Origin: Phycisphaerae bacterium
GTDB taxonomy: Bacteria > Planctomycetota > Phycisphaerae > SM23-33
Assembly: GCA_003551645.1 (NCBI GenBank)
Contig: PUND01000018.1
Coordinates: 1-61,200, forward strand
Length of the DNA stretch: 61,200 bases
Reading direction: 5' to 3'
The notes beneath the pieces are model-generated. The model searched no databases, was not told the origin of the DNA, and worked only from the letters and a program-made list of their open reading frames with translations. How positions within the stretch are numbered: position 1 is the stretch's first letter; each line of letters opens with the position of its first letter. The translations under genes were made by a program, and so were the position numbers. Below are positions 40,201 through 49,273 of the stretch, piece by piece.

Positions 40201-40410
40201 ATCAGCCGCCAGTACAAGGGTCAAAATACCGGCCCCCACCCTAAGCACGGCCACCACGACGGGCCTGAAGGAGTGGACGGACTTGCCGCCCCGCGGGTCC
40301 AGCCGGTGCAGCGCGACCCAGGCAACGGCGGCGGCCGCCGCCAGTATCAAGGCCCAAGCCCCGTGCAGGTCCGCGGGCAGCAGAACGGGTTGTTCGACTG
40401 TGGCTATCAT
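37240..40410 (-). CDS. Membrane vWA-domain protein with class I GATase-like domain
   Basis: MIDAS DNSGS, LLTDG, PRWEFRYL, DRTWRLR, TM helices at both ends, EWLIRK C-terminus; ATGA overlaps. Confidence 0.8.
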   Translation of the reverse strand: MIATVEQPVLLPADLHGAWALILAAAAAVAWVALHRLDPRGGKSVHSFRPVVVAVLRVGAGILTLVLAADAAQRVVVPVTPWPLWLLAIVGAIAVEAVVALYSLERRIAGGRGGTAATWLRIALVLIVVAMLAQPVLSTSRTDRRRRSVAILIDNSGSMHIRDTALTEAETVRLAEVVADMDVSRPYRLETVSERLSEIARELADLDETLSARMRAAGPDSDPLGDRGQALGETLQRMREDVAEQMDAVAEPIDGLLELDSDTQTSLADLRSRLAVQGRDRLEQAAEIADSGRTVADAPAEELIEAIRNAAGELEQSAGLSRRLADELDTAFYRSLSQQQQSRMRAAARARTRREQALAALNRRPDHDEGRRGTSLLNTIDHRYRVRAYQFGDDIEPASIAKLRIDDDALSQEEPPDDAGGTDIASALSRVAAEIPAEDLAGIILLTDGRHNTPGEPEEIAGRLGLGGVPVSSVVLGGRYPPRDAAVVGVEAPETIHESDKVQVTADLKLDGLAGRRVTVSLFSEGRLCDEKVVTPESREARMRVRLTDTPEQTGSVDYRVVVERFEQEAFAENNEYEFSVAVTDEPTKVLLLEGRPRWEFRYLRNLFTDRDPSVRLQYVLLQPDRVHGQDGTPVIPASVSRPEDSPGATATPESFEEWMKFDVVILGDVAPEMLSDADRRALEDFVSDMGKSLVVVAGPHHMPHAWSGTELADLMPVTFEALDDTAGAPEDAYRLELTDTGLDHPMMRQADDPESGAEIWRELPELHWRFPITEAKPAAKVLAYARTPDAPEAEGTGGQDYETSGGSSTRHQRRHALVAYHDTGMGRAMFMGFDRTWRLRYRAGDARHHRFWSQVVQWAGRQSLPVGVDFARLGTDRTRYAARTPVRVRARLLDAGDSPLVTDRVGVNLFDEDGKSVLRTGLHPLTGSPGTYAAEFEPPPGGVYRLELDAPAVQERLEAEGVEKVAMDISVDPAADREQIELKPDFSLARRMAEASGGVAVGAHLAERVTDVLGEPEIVRVQRRDYSLWDSWPALIIVIGVATAEWLIRKKEHLP

Positions 40411-42893
40411 GTTCGACCTGTTGCCCCGACCCGCGGTCGGGTCGATTGCCTCCGACCAGGTGAGGGCGTATGGAATTCCGAGGTATCCACATTATCGCCG
40501 CCGAACCGGATGGTCTCGGCGGTGTGCATCCGTCGGCGGGTGGCTATCCAGCGGCTAAGCACAAGCTCTGCCAATAATGCCAATCCCGCAATCGGCAGTA
40601 TGTGCCGCCATATTTCCTGCCCGGGCGTGCCGCCGGCGACGGCCGCGGTAAGCTCGTCGGTCGAATTGCATGCGACGAGGTCCACGTGCCTTGCCAGGGC
40701 CGCCATGTCCTGTTCGTCCAGAAATTCGAAGCGGCTCTCGTCCGGGTCGCGCCGGGCGGTGAACGGCAAGGACTCGGCGGGCCTATCGAGCATGTCCGCT
40801 ACCTCCTCTGTAAGCTCAAGTCCGTACAATCCCGGCCGGGTGGGCGTGAAGGACAGGTGCAAATGCCCGCCTACGACCGCGGCCCCGGCCTTAAGCCGAC
40901 GGCCATCGGGCGTGGCGGCCTTGGCGGAAACATCATCCGGTGACGGCTCATCCATCAGCGGCAGGGTCAGGCGAAGCTCCTCGCCCGGGGCCACGTCGGT
41001 CTGCGCCTGGGTCGGCTCAGACAGGTGTGCGATTATCTCGTGCAGGGCCACTACGTAGCTTGCCAGTGAGGGCAGGTCGCTGTCGGCCTCGCCGAGCGAG
41101 ACCGCCGAGATGAACACTCGTCCACGTCCGAGCGGTCGCTCCACCAACATCGGGTTGCCCGTGGACAGCCGTGCCGCTGTCCGTGCGGCCGGGGCTGTGT
41201 CGCGAGCCGACAAAACCCAGTAGGAGCGTATGTTCGCCTCGCCGATATCCGAGCGTGTCTGGTCGGCGGTGAGTCGCATCGCGGGATGGTCGAAGCTGTC
41301 CGTCAGCGGCCGGGCCGGGTCCTGTGGCGTGATACGCTCGACAAGCTCCGCGGGCGTTACGGGCAGGTTGCGCCGGTCGGTCCAGTTATTGTAGAAGTCA
41401 GCGGCGGTTGCGCGGTCCGGTGCGATCAGCAGTCCGCCGCCGCCTCGAACGTAGTTTTCGATCCGCCCGGCGACGGCAGACGGCAACCGCGGCACGCCGG
41501 CGAGCACGATCGCCCGGTATCGCGAGAAGTCGTCCACCCTGGCCAGGTCGGTCGCGTCAACCAGCTCGGGGCGAACCAGCGAGCCAAGGGCGTCGTCTTC
41601 GGCGCCCGGCGCAAGCGCAAGAGAAGCAAGCTCTGCGGCGGTCCTGTCGCGATCGGCGCCCGATGAGCCGCAGACCACCAGAACCGGCAGAACGTCCAGG
41701 ACGTCCACCACATGGTGGCGGGTATTGTCGGCGGGCAGGTCGTCGTCGATATCGAGCCGTGCGGTGAGCACCTGCCGGCCGGGCGAATCAAAATGATGCT
41801 CAAAACGCACGCTGGCGGATGAGCCGGGTTCTATCTCGCCGGTCCTGCGTCGGCCGATGTCGCTGTCGCCGACGAGCAGCTCCACCGGTCCGGGGTCCAT
41901 CGGCTCGACGCCGGTGTTGGCTATGCGAACGTCGATGCCGACGGGCCGATCGGCGCCGACGATACGGCGGGAAAGCGTTATGCCGTCAACGGCGGCGTTG
42001 GTCGGCGGTACGGGCGGACGCAGGTCGCGGAATATGACCTTAGGCCTTTCACGCAGCGCGTCGAAGCCGGACGATACGTAGTCCCACCGGGCGTCGGAGT
42101 GCAGTTCCCAGCCGTGTTTTTGTCCGTCGGTGATGACGACGATTTTCTTGGCGGCGTTGCCGCCGGCGGCCAGGGCGTCGGTTGCGGCGGAAATGGCCGA
42201 CGCGGCGTCCATCGAGCCGCCGACCAGGGAAGCGGAGTCCAGGGCGGCGAGCAGTTCCCGGCGGTCCGAGACCGGCGCCGGGACTGGCGATTCGATGGCT
42301 GAGCCGGCGAGCATGACGGCCGCCGCGTCGCCTGTCGGCAGTGAGCCGATGAGCGTTCGGGCCTCGTTGACGGCGCGGTCGAAGCCGGTCTGCTCGCCGA
42401 CGGCGACGGACATGGAATCGGATGCGTCGATGATAACGGCCAGGTCGCGTGCGTCATCGGCCGCCGACCAGAGCCGTCTTTGCATGAGTCGCTCGGCGGC
42501 GGAGGCGGTGACGGCCAGCAGCAGAAGCCCGCCGGCGGTCGCAAGCAGGGTCCATCGGAGTCGTCGGCTGGTCCAGACGGCGGCGGCCAGTCCCGCGCAT
42601 ACCGCGGCTATGAGCACGGCCGGCAGCACCAGCGGCCAAGGCAGGCCCGGACGGCTGGGCAGCAGAGGCCTGGCCAGAGCCAGAACCAGCAGGGCCACCC
42701 ACAGGCATCTCATCGCCAGCAGGAGCATCTCTTCGATGCGAATACGCCGGTTCCTCGCCGCCAGCGACGCCAAAAGAAACCGCATCGCGCCCCAGTGGAC
42801 CACCTTGGCCCGACGTTGATTGAGCAGATGAATGACGACGGGTATCGCCACGGCCGAGAGTGCGAAGAGGATTGTCAGGTTTAGGAAAGTCAT
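40407..42893 (-). CDS. BatA-domain/vWA membrane protein
   Basis: N-terminal PVVIHLL..W.AMRFL double-TM domain, LARP, DASDS MIDAS, ITDGQ, DDLPADN, C-terminal TM. Confidence 0.85.
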   Translation of the reverse strand: MTFLNLTILFALSAVAIPVVIHLLNQRRAKVVHWGAMRFLLASLAARNRRIRIEEMLLLAMRCLWVALLVLALARPLLPSRPGLPWPLVLPAVLIAAVCAGLAAAVWTSRRLRWTLLATAGGLLLLAVTASAAERLMQRRLWSAADDARDLAVIIDASDSMSVAVGEQTGFDRAVNEARTLIGSLPTGDAAAVMLAGSAIESPVPAPVSDRRELLAALDSASLVGGSMDAASAISAATDALAAGGNAAKKIVVITDGQKHGWELHSDARWDYVSSGFDALRERPKVIFRDLRPPVPPTNAAVDGITLSRRIVGADRPVGIDVRIANTGVEPMDPGPVELLVGDSDIGRRRTGEIEPGSSASVRFEHHFDSPGRQVLTARLDIDDDLPADNTRHHVVDVLDVLPVLVVCGSSGADRDRTAAELASLALAPGAEDDALGSLVRPELVDATDLARVDDFSRYRAIVLAGVPRLPSAVAGRIENYVRGGGGLLIAPDRATAADFYNNWTDRRNLPVTPAELVERITPQDPARPLTDSFDHPAMRLTADQTRSDIGEANIRSYWVLSARDTAPAARTAARLSTGNPMLVERPLGRGRVFISAVSLGEADSDLPSLASYVVALHEIIAHLSEPTQAQTDVAPGEELRLTLPLMDEPSPDDVSAKAATPDGRRLKAGAAVVGGHLHLSFTPTRPGLYGLELTEEVADMLDRPAESLPFTARRDPDESRFEFLDEQDMAALARHVDLVACNSTDELTAAVAGGTPGQEIWRHILPIAGLALLAELVLSRWIATRRRMHTAETIRFGGDNVDTSEFHTPSPGRRQSTRPRVGATGRT

Positions 42894-42902
42894 TTCTTAT
42901 CT

Positions 42903-42944
42903 TAGCCACTAGCCATTAGCCACTAGCCACTAGCCATTAGCCAC
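42903..42944. repeat. Heptamer tandem repeat (TAGCCAY)x6
   Basis: tagccac tagccat tagccac tagccac tagccat tagccac, read directly. Confidence 0.95.
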
Positions 42945-43114
42945 CAGGCATTAACCAGTTTTCACTGGCCGCTTGTCATTAGGCAACCGGCTGTGTGTAA
43001 CTTTGGCTTTCGTAACGAAGACCACAGTCAGCAGCCGGCAACCACTGCGGGTCGGGCATCGGATCGGCCGGGTCCTTGCTACCTGTTCTTGTGGCGGCGC
43101 AAACCTGGCTGCAT

Positions 43115-43486
43115 TTACTGCGGGTTCTTCTGCACACTCCGTATCAGGCCGTTCAGCACCCGCGAACACTCGTCACAGGCGCTGTGCAAAGCGGCGGCTG
43201 GGACGGTCTGAATGTATTGGAAGTCGGCTGCCAGCCGGATAAAGGTCTGCATCTCGTACAAGCTGCCGCGGGCGTTGCGAAGGAATCGCACGTAATCGGC
43301 CGTCGTGCCGCGCCCCCAGCCTTCGGCGATATTCGCAGGAATGGAGGCCGCGGCGCGTCGAAGCTGCTGTGTCAAACCGAACTGCTCGTTGGCCGGGAAT
43401 CCGGCTGTGGCGTCGTAGATGCTTCGGCAAAGCTCCATGGCCTTTTGCCATGCGATCAGATCCGTGTAATCCGTAATAGATTCCAT
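43115..43486 (-). CDS. Four-helix-bundle protein (23S rRNA intervening-sequence protein family)
   Basis: DLIAWQKA, FP.NEQFGL..QLRRAA.SIPANIAEG, FLRNARGSLYE. Confidence 0.92.
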   Translation of the reverse strand: MESITDYTDLIAWQKAMELCRSIYDATAGFPANEQFGLTQQLRRAAASIPANIAEGWGRGTTADYVRFLRNARGSLYEMQTFIRLAADFQYIQTVPAAALHSACDECSRVLNGLIRSVQKNPQ

Positions 43487-43714
43487 GCCCCGTTTTCCTC
43501 CGGCGGCATAAATCGGCGGCCTTTCGGGCCAGCCGGCACGGCTTCGGCTCGTCCGGCCCCGGTGCCGAACGCCGAGACTGCGTCTGTTGGCAATGTACCG
43601 CGATTCTTGATTTCACGCCATAAGGTCTCGGCAACCACCTTTTTTGTGACGTTATTCGCCAATTCTGTTCCAGCCACCAATGGCTCCCGACTTGTGTAGG
43701 ACACATCGTGACTG

Positions 43715-43756
43715 TTGGCTCAGGCCTAATGGCTCGTGGCTTGTGGCTCATGGCTC
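43715..43756. repeat. Degenerate heptamer repeat (RTGGCTY), inverted relative to 42903-42944
   Basis: ttggctc aggccta atggctc gtggctt gtggctc atggctc. Confidence 0.85.
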
Positions 43757-43762
43757 TTCGCT

Positions 43763-44701
43763 TCACTTCCTACCCCTCCTGCGGGCCAGGTAGTCGGCCA
43801 GCGCCTCGTCGAAGGGGGTGCTGGTTGGCAGTTGTGCGTAGTCGATGCCCATTCTTCCGCAGCCGGTGCGGATGGTCTCTATGTGCGCCCGCAGCCGGTC
43901 GAGGTATTCTGCGCGGATGGTCTGGGGGTCGAGTTGGACCCCGGCCGCGACGCTCTCGAGGTCGCGGAAGTCGCTCATCTGATCGAACGGGAAGGTCAGC
44001 TCTTCCTCGGCGAGCACGTGCAGTATCACGACTTCGTGTTTGCGGAATCGGAAATGCTGGAAGGCATTGAGCAGGGCCTCGGCGTCGTCGAGCAGGTCTG
44101 AGATGATCACCACAAGCCCGCGCCGGTGGATTCTCTCGGCTACGTCGTGATACACATCCGCAAGGGCGGTCTCCCTGCCGGGGGCGGTCTCGGCAAGCTC
44201 GTTCAGCAGAACCCGCAGGTGTCCGGGCCTGCTGCGTGCGGGTATGTATCTCCTGACGGTGGAATCGTGCGTCACCAGGCCCACGGCGTCCTGCTGGTGG
44301 ATGAGCAGGTGCGCCATCGAGGCCGCCAGCATGCGGGCGTAGGCGAACTTGCCCAGCCGGCCGTCGGCGCCGATCGATGCCTTCTGGCCGGTGTAGTCCA
44401 TCGAGCCGGAGGCGTCCACCAGCAGCGTAGCTCGGAGGTTGGTCTCCTCGACATACTGCTTTACGTAGTAACGGTCGCTCTTGCCGTAAACCCGCCAGTC
44501 GAGGTCGGCCACATCGTCGCCGGGTACGTACTGGCGGTGTTCGGCGAATTCCACCGAGAAGCCCTTGTACGGGCTGCGGTGCCTGCCGGTGATGAACCCC
44601 TCTACCATGCCCCGAGCGACCAGCTCCAGCCGGTGGATGCGCGAGAGCGCATCGGGGTCGAGCAGGCGAAGGTAGCTTGTGGTCTTTTGTCGCTTGCTCA
44701 T
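43763..44701 (-). CDS. DUF58 (vWA-like, MoxR-associated) protein
   Basis: G.H.SP..GFSVEFAEHRQY.PGDD..DW, DASGS, ISD. Confidence 0.92.
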   Translation of the reverse strand: MSKRQKTTSYLRLLDPDALSRIHRLELVARGMVEGFITGRHRSPYKGFSVEFAEHRQYVPGDDVADLDWRVYGKSDRYYVKQYVEETNLRATLLVDASGSMDYTGQKASIGADGRLGKFAYARMLAASMAHLLIHQQDAVGLVTHDSTVRRYIPARSRPGHLRVLLNELAETAPGRETALADVYHDVAERIHRRGLVVIISDLLDDAEALLNAFQHFRFRKHEVVILHVLAEEELTFPFDQMSDFRDLESVAAGVQLDPQTIRAEYLDRLRAHIETIRTGCGRMGIDYAQLPTSTPFDEALADYLARRRGRK

Positions 44702-44726
44702 TATCCTGTCCAACAGGGCGTGGGGT

Positions 44727-45500
44727 TCAGGCGGCTTCTATCTGCTCGCGCAAGGCGGCGACGGCCCGCGGAAGCTGTGCGGTCAAATCTTCCCACTTGG
44801 CCTCGATGGATACCCGTCCGTCGTATCCGGCGGTCTTGAGGGCCTTGAAGTATGCGCCGTGGTCTTCCTTTCCGAATCCCAGCGGGAGTCTCCCTCGTGA
44901 ATCGGCGCAGTGGGCGTGTTTTATCAGGTCACCGGCCTCGCGTATGTTCAGCGCCGGTTCGTACTCCAGGGCCATGTGGTATGTGTCGGCCAGCAGCCGC
45001 ACCCTCGGGTGGTCGGCCCGGCGGACAAGCTCGGCCCCGGCCTTTACGTTGTTGACGATGTTGCATTCGCCTGTGTTCAGCGGCTCAAGCACCAGCATTA
45101 CGCCGTGTTCGTCGGCGATGGGGCCCCAACGGCACAGATGGTCCACGAGCTGGTCGGTCGCCTCCTGCATGTAGAAACCCTCCGGGACCCTCCTGCTGCC
45201 GCCGGAGCCGAAGACCAGTACCTCCAGACCGGCCAGCCCCGCGCGGCGGAGCACGGTTTCCATGTATGCGTCCAGGGCGGGGTTGTCCACTTCGGGGCCG
45301 GTGGTTTTCAGGTCACCGGGAAAGAGGCAGTTGGCGGCTATCACCGGCAGCGGGGCCGCGTCGGCCTCGGCGCGGCGGCACTCGAACTGCTCCTCGGGAT
45401 CCCGCGGGCAGAGCAAATGCGCCACAGTGGTTTCGATATAGTCCAGCCCCTCGACCTTGTCAGGGATATCGGTCGGCTTGCAGCAGACTCCAATCTGCAT
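44727..45500 (-). CDS. Sugar-phosphate isomerase/epimerase family (xylose-isomerase-like TIM barrel)
   Basis: VFGSG..R, LEPLN..E, DTYHM, HAH.AD..GR, SIE metal ligands. Confidence 0.85.
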   Translation of the reverse strand: MQIGVCCKPTDIPDKVEGLDYIETTVAHLLCPRDPEEQFECRRAEADAAPLPVIAANCLFPGDLKTTGPEVDNPALDAYMETVLRRAGLAGLEVLVFGSGGSRRVPEGFYMQEATDQLVDHLCRWGPIADEHGVMLVLEPLNTGECNIVNNVKAGAELVRRADHPRVRLLADTYHMALEYEPALNIREAGDLIKHAHCADSRGRLPLGFGKEDHGAYFKALKTAGYDGRVSIEAKWEDLTAQLPRAVAALREQIEAA

Positions 45501-45524
45501 TGAATCCTTCCTCATCCTTCCGGC

Positions 45525-46574
45525 CTAAGAGAACTGCTCTTGTTCCTCGGGTTGCAGCTCGGCCAGCAGCCGGAGGACCACCTCGTCGGCCGAGATGCCG
45601 GCCGCCTCGGCGTTGAACGTCGTGATTACCCGGTGTCTCAGCACCGGAAGCGCCATCTCGCGAACGTCCTCGGTGGTCGCGTGGTAGCGTCCATGGAGGA
45701 TGGCCCTGGCCTTTGCGGCCAGCATCAGGCATATGCCCGCTCTCGGCCCGGCCCCCCATTGTACAAGTTCGTTGACGAAATCCGGGGCGTCGTCGGAGGC
45801 GGGCCGGGTCGCGCGTGCGAGGTCGCGGGCGTACTGGAAGACGTGCTCGGCCGCCGGGACTCGATGCACGATGTCCTGGAGCTTGCTGATGTCCTCGCCT
45901 GAGAGTACCGGCTCGAGCTTCGCCTGGTACGAGCCGGTTACCCGCTTCATGATCTCGAGTTCCTGGTCGCCGTCGGGATAGTCCACGACGATCTTGAACA
46001 TGAACCTGTCGAGCTGGGCCTCCGGCAGGGGGTAGGTTCCCTCCTGCTCGATCGGGTTCTGTGTCGCCAGCACGAAGAACGGCTCATCCAGGTGGTATGT
46101 GCGTTCGCCGACGGTGACGCTGTGCTCCTGCATCGCCTCCAGCAGCGCCGCCTGCGTCTTGGGCGGGGCGCGGTTTATCTCGTCGGCAAGGACCATGTTG
46201 GCGAACAGAGGCCCGTGCACAAAGCGGAACACCCGTTTGCCGGTGGTGCGGTCCTCCTCAAGCACGTCCGTGCCTGTGATGTCCGAGGGCATCAGGTCGG
46301 GCGTGAACTGGATGCGCTTGAAGCTCAGGTGCAGCAGGTTGGCCAGCGTTTGCACCAGCAGGGTCTTGGCCAGCCCCGGTACGCCCACCAGCAGCCCGTG
46401 GCCCCGGCAGAACATGGACACGAGCACTTGCTCGACGACGTCGTTCTGTCCGACCACGACGCGCGAGATGTTGTCTGTCATCTCGGCGTAGGCATCCGAC
46501 AGGGCCTTTACGGCCTGTACGTCGTCGGCTTCCGCAATACGGTTTACCCCGTCACCGGCATCGTTGGCTGACAT
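45525..46574 (-). CDS. MoxR-family AAA+ ATPase
   Basis: GVPGLAKT, RIQFTPDLMPSD, DEINR, ATQNPIEQEGTYPLPEAQLDRF. Confidence 0.95.
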   Translation of the reverse strand: MSANDAGDGVNRIAEADDVQAVKALSDAYAEMTDNISRVVVGQNDVVEQVLVSMFCRGHGLLVGVPGLAKTLLVQTLANLLHLSFKRIQFTPDLMPSDITGTDVLEEDRTTGKRVFRFVHGPLFANMVLADEINRAPPKTQAALLEAMQEHSVTVGERTYHLDEPFFVLATQNPIEQEGTYPLPEAQLDRFMFKIVVDYPDGDQELEIMKRVTGSYQAKLEPVLSGEDISKLQDIVHRVPAAEHVFQYARDLARATRPASDDAPDFVNELVQWGAGPRAGICLMLAAKARAILHGRYHATTEDVREMALPVLRHRVITTFNAEAAGISADEVVLRLLAELQPEEQEQFS

Positions 46575-46714
46575 ATAAGTCTCCTGAATAAGAGTGAATC
46601 ATTCTATCACAATCGGTCCACACTTACCCCACCGGAAATTCAACCCTCCGGCGGCCGCGGGGTGTGCGATAATCTATCGGTCATCCTAAGTCGCCGCGCA
46701 TCCGCGCCGGCCGG

Positions 46715-48175
46715 CTAATCAGCCAGCCCGGTGGGGTTGTCGGCGAGAAAATCGGCGTGATGCTCCCGGCCGGTGTCGCGCAGCCGTTGTATGTAATCCT
46801 CGGCTCGCGACCCGCGGGTGTGGAACGGTCCGCCTTCCCGCATCACCAGCCACATCGGGTCCGTTGCCGAGTCGCTTTGGGTCATCATCTCGGCTGTCCA
46901 GCTTTCAAGCAGCGCCTGGCCGTGGTCGGCCAGGTCCGGCCTGTCGGCCGAGAGGTCGTTCAGCTCGTGGGGATCCTCGGCGACGTTGAACAGCATCCTC
47001 GCCGGATAGTGTTTCAGGCCGGTGTGATAGGTGCGGAGCATCAGCCAGTCGTCCCAGCGGACCGACCGCTGACAGCTCCAGCAGCACTGCCCGGAGACCA
47101 GGAAGTCGCGCCCGGAAGATTCACCCGCCCGGAATGCATCGGCGAAGCTCCGCCCATCCCAGTGGCCGGGGACCTCGGCGCCGGCAAGCTCCACGAGCGT
47201 GGCGCCTATATCGGTCTGGTAGTGCAGCGAGGAGTCCGCGCGTCCGCCTGGCAGCCCGGGGAACCGCACAATCATCGGCACGCGGCAGGCGACGCGGTCG
47301 GCGGCGGCGTGGTCGCCTGTGACGTTCAACTCGCCCATTTGCTCGCCGTGATCGGAGGTGATCATGATGACCGTCTCGTCCAGGACGCCCGCCTGCTCCA
47401 GCGTCTGGAGCACCTTTGCGAACCATTGGTCTGCGTAGCGGATTCCGCAGTCGTAGCCGTCCACCCACCGCTTGTAGTCGTCCATGGACTCTATGCGGCT
47501 GGGCTGGCGGGGATGCGAGCTTGGCTTACCCATATCGCCGGCCGGCTCCTGAGGTGTCCCGGGGCCGAAGTCGTCCCACTGCCGCTTGAAAAGCTCCTCT
47601 GTGTACCAGCCCTCAAGCGGCTCGTCGGCGAACGGATTGCCGAACTCCTCGGGCGCCCGGTAGGGCGTGTGCGGGTCCCAGATATTGATGTGACAGAACC
47701 AGTTGTCCTCGGCGCCGTGGCGTTTGAGCCAGTCGATCGCCGCGGGCACGACCTCGTGGGCCTGCTCGCCGCCTTTCTTGCCGGTGTTGTGGAACTCGCG
47801 CCAGCCCTCGTAGAACCACCAGGCCGAGTGCCGCTCGGCGAACGGGCTGAAGCTTACAGGGTACAGGCCCGCCTGTCGCATCTGCCAGACAAGCCCCGGT
47901 CTTTGGTTCATCGTGGAAAACGACCGGTCAGTGCCGACCGGCCGGAGGTCGGCCGCGGAGCCGCCGTGACCGACGATGCCGCTGTGGATGCCGAACATGC
48001 CGGTGAACATGCTCGCCCGGCTGGGCAGGCATGGGGCGTCGGACACCTGGCATTCGTCGAAACGGACTCCTTCGGCCGCGATGCGGTCGATGTTGGGTGA
48101 AGTATCGCGATGGTAGCCGTAGCAGCCGAGGTGATCGGGGCGGAGCGTATCGATATCGAAATAAAGGATTCTCAA
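46715..48175 (-). CDS. Formylglycine-dependent sulfatase (Cys type)
   Basis: DTLRPDHL, CLPSR, DPHTPY, TSDHG, DPHE; no signal peptide evident. Confidence 0.9.
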   Translation of the reverse strand: MRILYFDIDTLRPDHLGCYGYHRDTSPNIDRIAAEGVRFDECQVSDAPCLPSRASMFTGMFGIHSGIVGHGGSAADLRPVGTDRSFSTMNQRPGLVWQMRQAGLYPVSFSPFAERHSAWWFYEGWREFHNTGKKGGEQAHEVVPAAIDWLKRHGAEDNWFCHINIWDPHTPYRAPEEFGNPFADEPLEGWYTEELFKRQWDDFGPGTPQEPAGDMGKPSSHPRQPSRIESMDDYKRWVDGYDCGIRYADQWFAKVLQTLEQAGVLDETVIMITSDHGEQMGELNVTGDHAAADRVACRVPMIVRFPGLPGGRADSSLHYQTDIGATLVELAGAEVPGHWDGRSFADAFRAGESSGRDFLVSGQCCWSCQRSVRWDDWLMLRTYHTGLKHYPARMLFNVAEDPHELNDLSADRPDLADHGQALLESWTAEMMTQSDSATDPMWLVMREGGPFHTRGSRAEDYIQRLRDTGREHHADFLADNPTGLAD

Positions 48176-48338
48176 GGAAGGCCTTCCTTTGCATCAATTG
48201 AGACATCCATCACTATAAGAACCGACTAAGAGGTGTCAACGCCCGCGCCGGCGGGTAGAGGAAGGTGACCAGCGAACAGCGACCGGCAAAAGGCGACAAG
48301 CGAACAGCGGTTGGCGAATCGTCAGCGGCGGGGCGGGG

Positions 48339-49208
48339 TCAGGTGAACCATTTGCGCCAGTCGGCGGGCAGTTCGTACTGCCGGACCTTCGCGGCCATTG
48401 GCCCGGCACACTCGCACGGCTCTGCGTCCGCCGGTATGTCGGCCGCGACTCGACGGGCGATTTCGCTCATCGCGCCGACCGCCGAGGCCAGCCGCTGCCG
48501 CTCGCGGTCCTCCGGCGGCTGTCCGAACAGGTCCACCGAGGGAAAGGGGCGGTGCCGGCTGCCGGTCTCGGCGTAGTTGACCACGTAGCAGACGCTCGCG
48601 TAACAGAGCTGAAGCTCCCTGGCCAGGAAGACTTCCGGCACAAAGGCGTGAGTAAGCAACTCCGCTCCCATGGTCGCGAGCATCCTGACCTCGGCGGGGG
48701 TTTCCAGTCGCGGGCCTTCCCGGACGCCGGCCACGCCCGTACCGTGGTACACCAGCTTCATATCGTGCAATACGTCGCCGAGTGTCCGCCGCAGGCGGGG
48801 GCAGAAGACCGGAAACTGGCGGAGGTAGCCCAGCGGCGAGTCCTCGAAAAACGTCTTGTCGCGCAGGAACGTCTGGTCGATCACGTCGCTCAGTATCACC
48901 AGGTCGCCGACGGCGACGTTGTGGGTCACCGCCCCGGCGGGTCCCCAGGAGATGACCGCCTCGGCCCCGAGGTCTTTAAGGGCATACAGGTTGGCGCGGT
49001 CGTTGACGCGGCGAGGTGCGGTTTTTTCCAGTCCAGGCCCGTGGCGGCAGACCAGCAGGAACCCGTCGCCATCATCCTCGACGCGGAACATTTCGCCGCT
49101 TTGTCCGAAGGGGGTCTTGCGTGAGCCGAGGCGTTGGCCGCCGATGCGGCCGGCCTGCCACTGTCCGTGTACCTCCTCGCCGGCGATGCACGCTATCGTC
49201 ACGGCCAT
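48339..49208 (-). CDS. MTAP-family purine nucleoside phosphorylase (divergent)
   Basis: TPFG, RHG, RANLYALK, EGPRLETPAE, PEVFLAREL..CY, VNYA. Confidence 0.8.
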   Translation of the reverse strand: MAVTIACIAGEEVHGQWQAGRIGGQRLGSRKTPFGQSGEMFRVEDDGDGFLLVCRHGPGLEKTAPRRVNDRANLYALKDLGAEAVISWGPAGAVTHNVAVGDLVILSDVIDQTFLRDKTFFEDSPLGYLRQFPVFCPRLRRTLGDVLHDMKLVYHGTGVAGVREGPRLETPAEVRMLATMGAELLTHAFVPEVFLARELQLCYASVCYVVNYAETGSRHRPFPSVDLFGQPPEDRERQRLASAVGAMSEIARRVAADIPADAEPCECAGPMAAKVRQYELPADWRKWFT

Positions 49209-49273
49209 GCGCAAACCTCTGTCAAAGGGTCTCGGTGCGGCTTCGCGAAGCGTCGGCCGACGGGCCGGCGCAT

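Noticed and set aside
42903-42944. CRISPR array or phase-variable coding repeat
   Set aside because: 7-bp units without spacers, intergenic, no cas genes.
43173-43766. 197-aa minus-strand ORF through the heptamer repeats
   Set aside because: Overlaps the four-helix-bundle gene out of frame; its N-terminus is just translated repeat.
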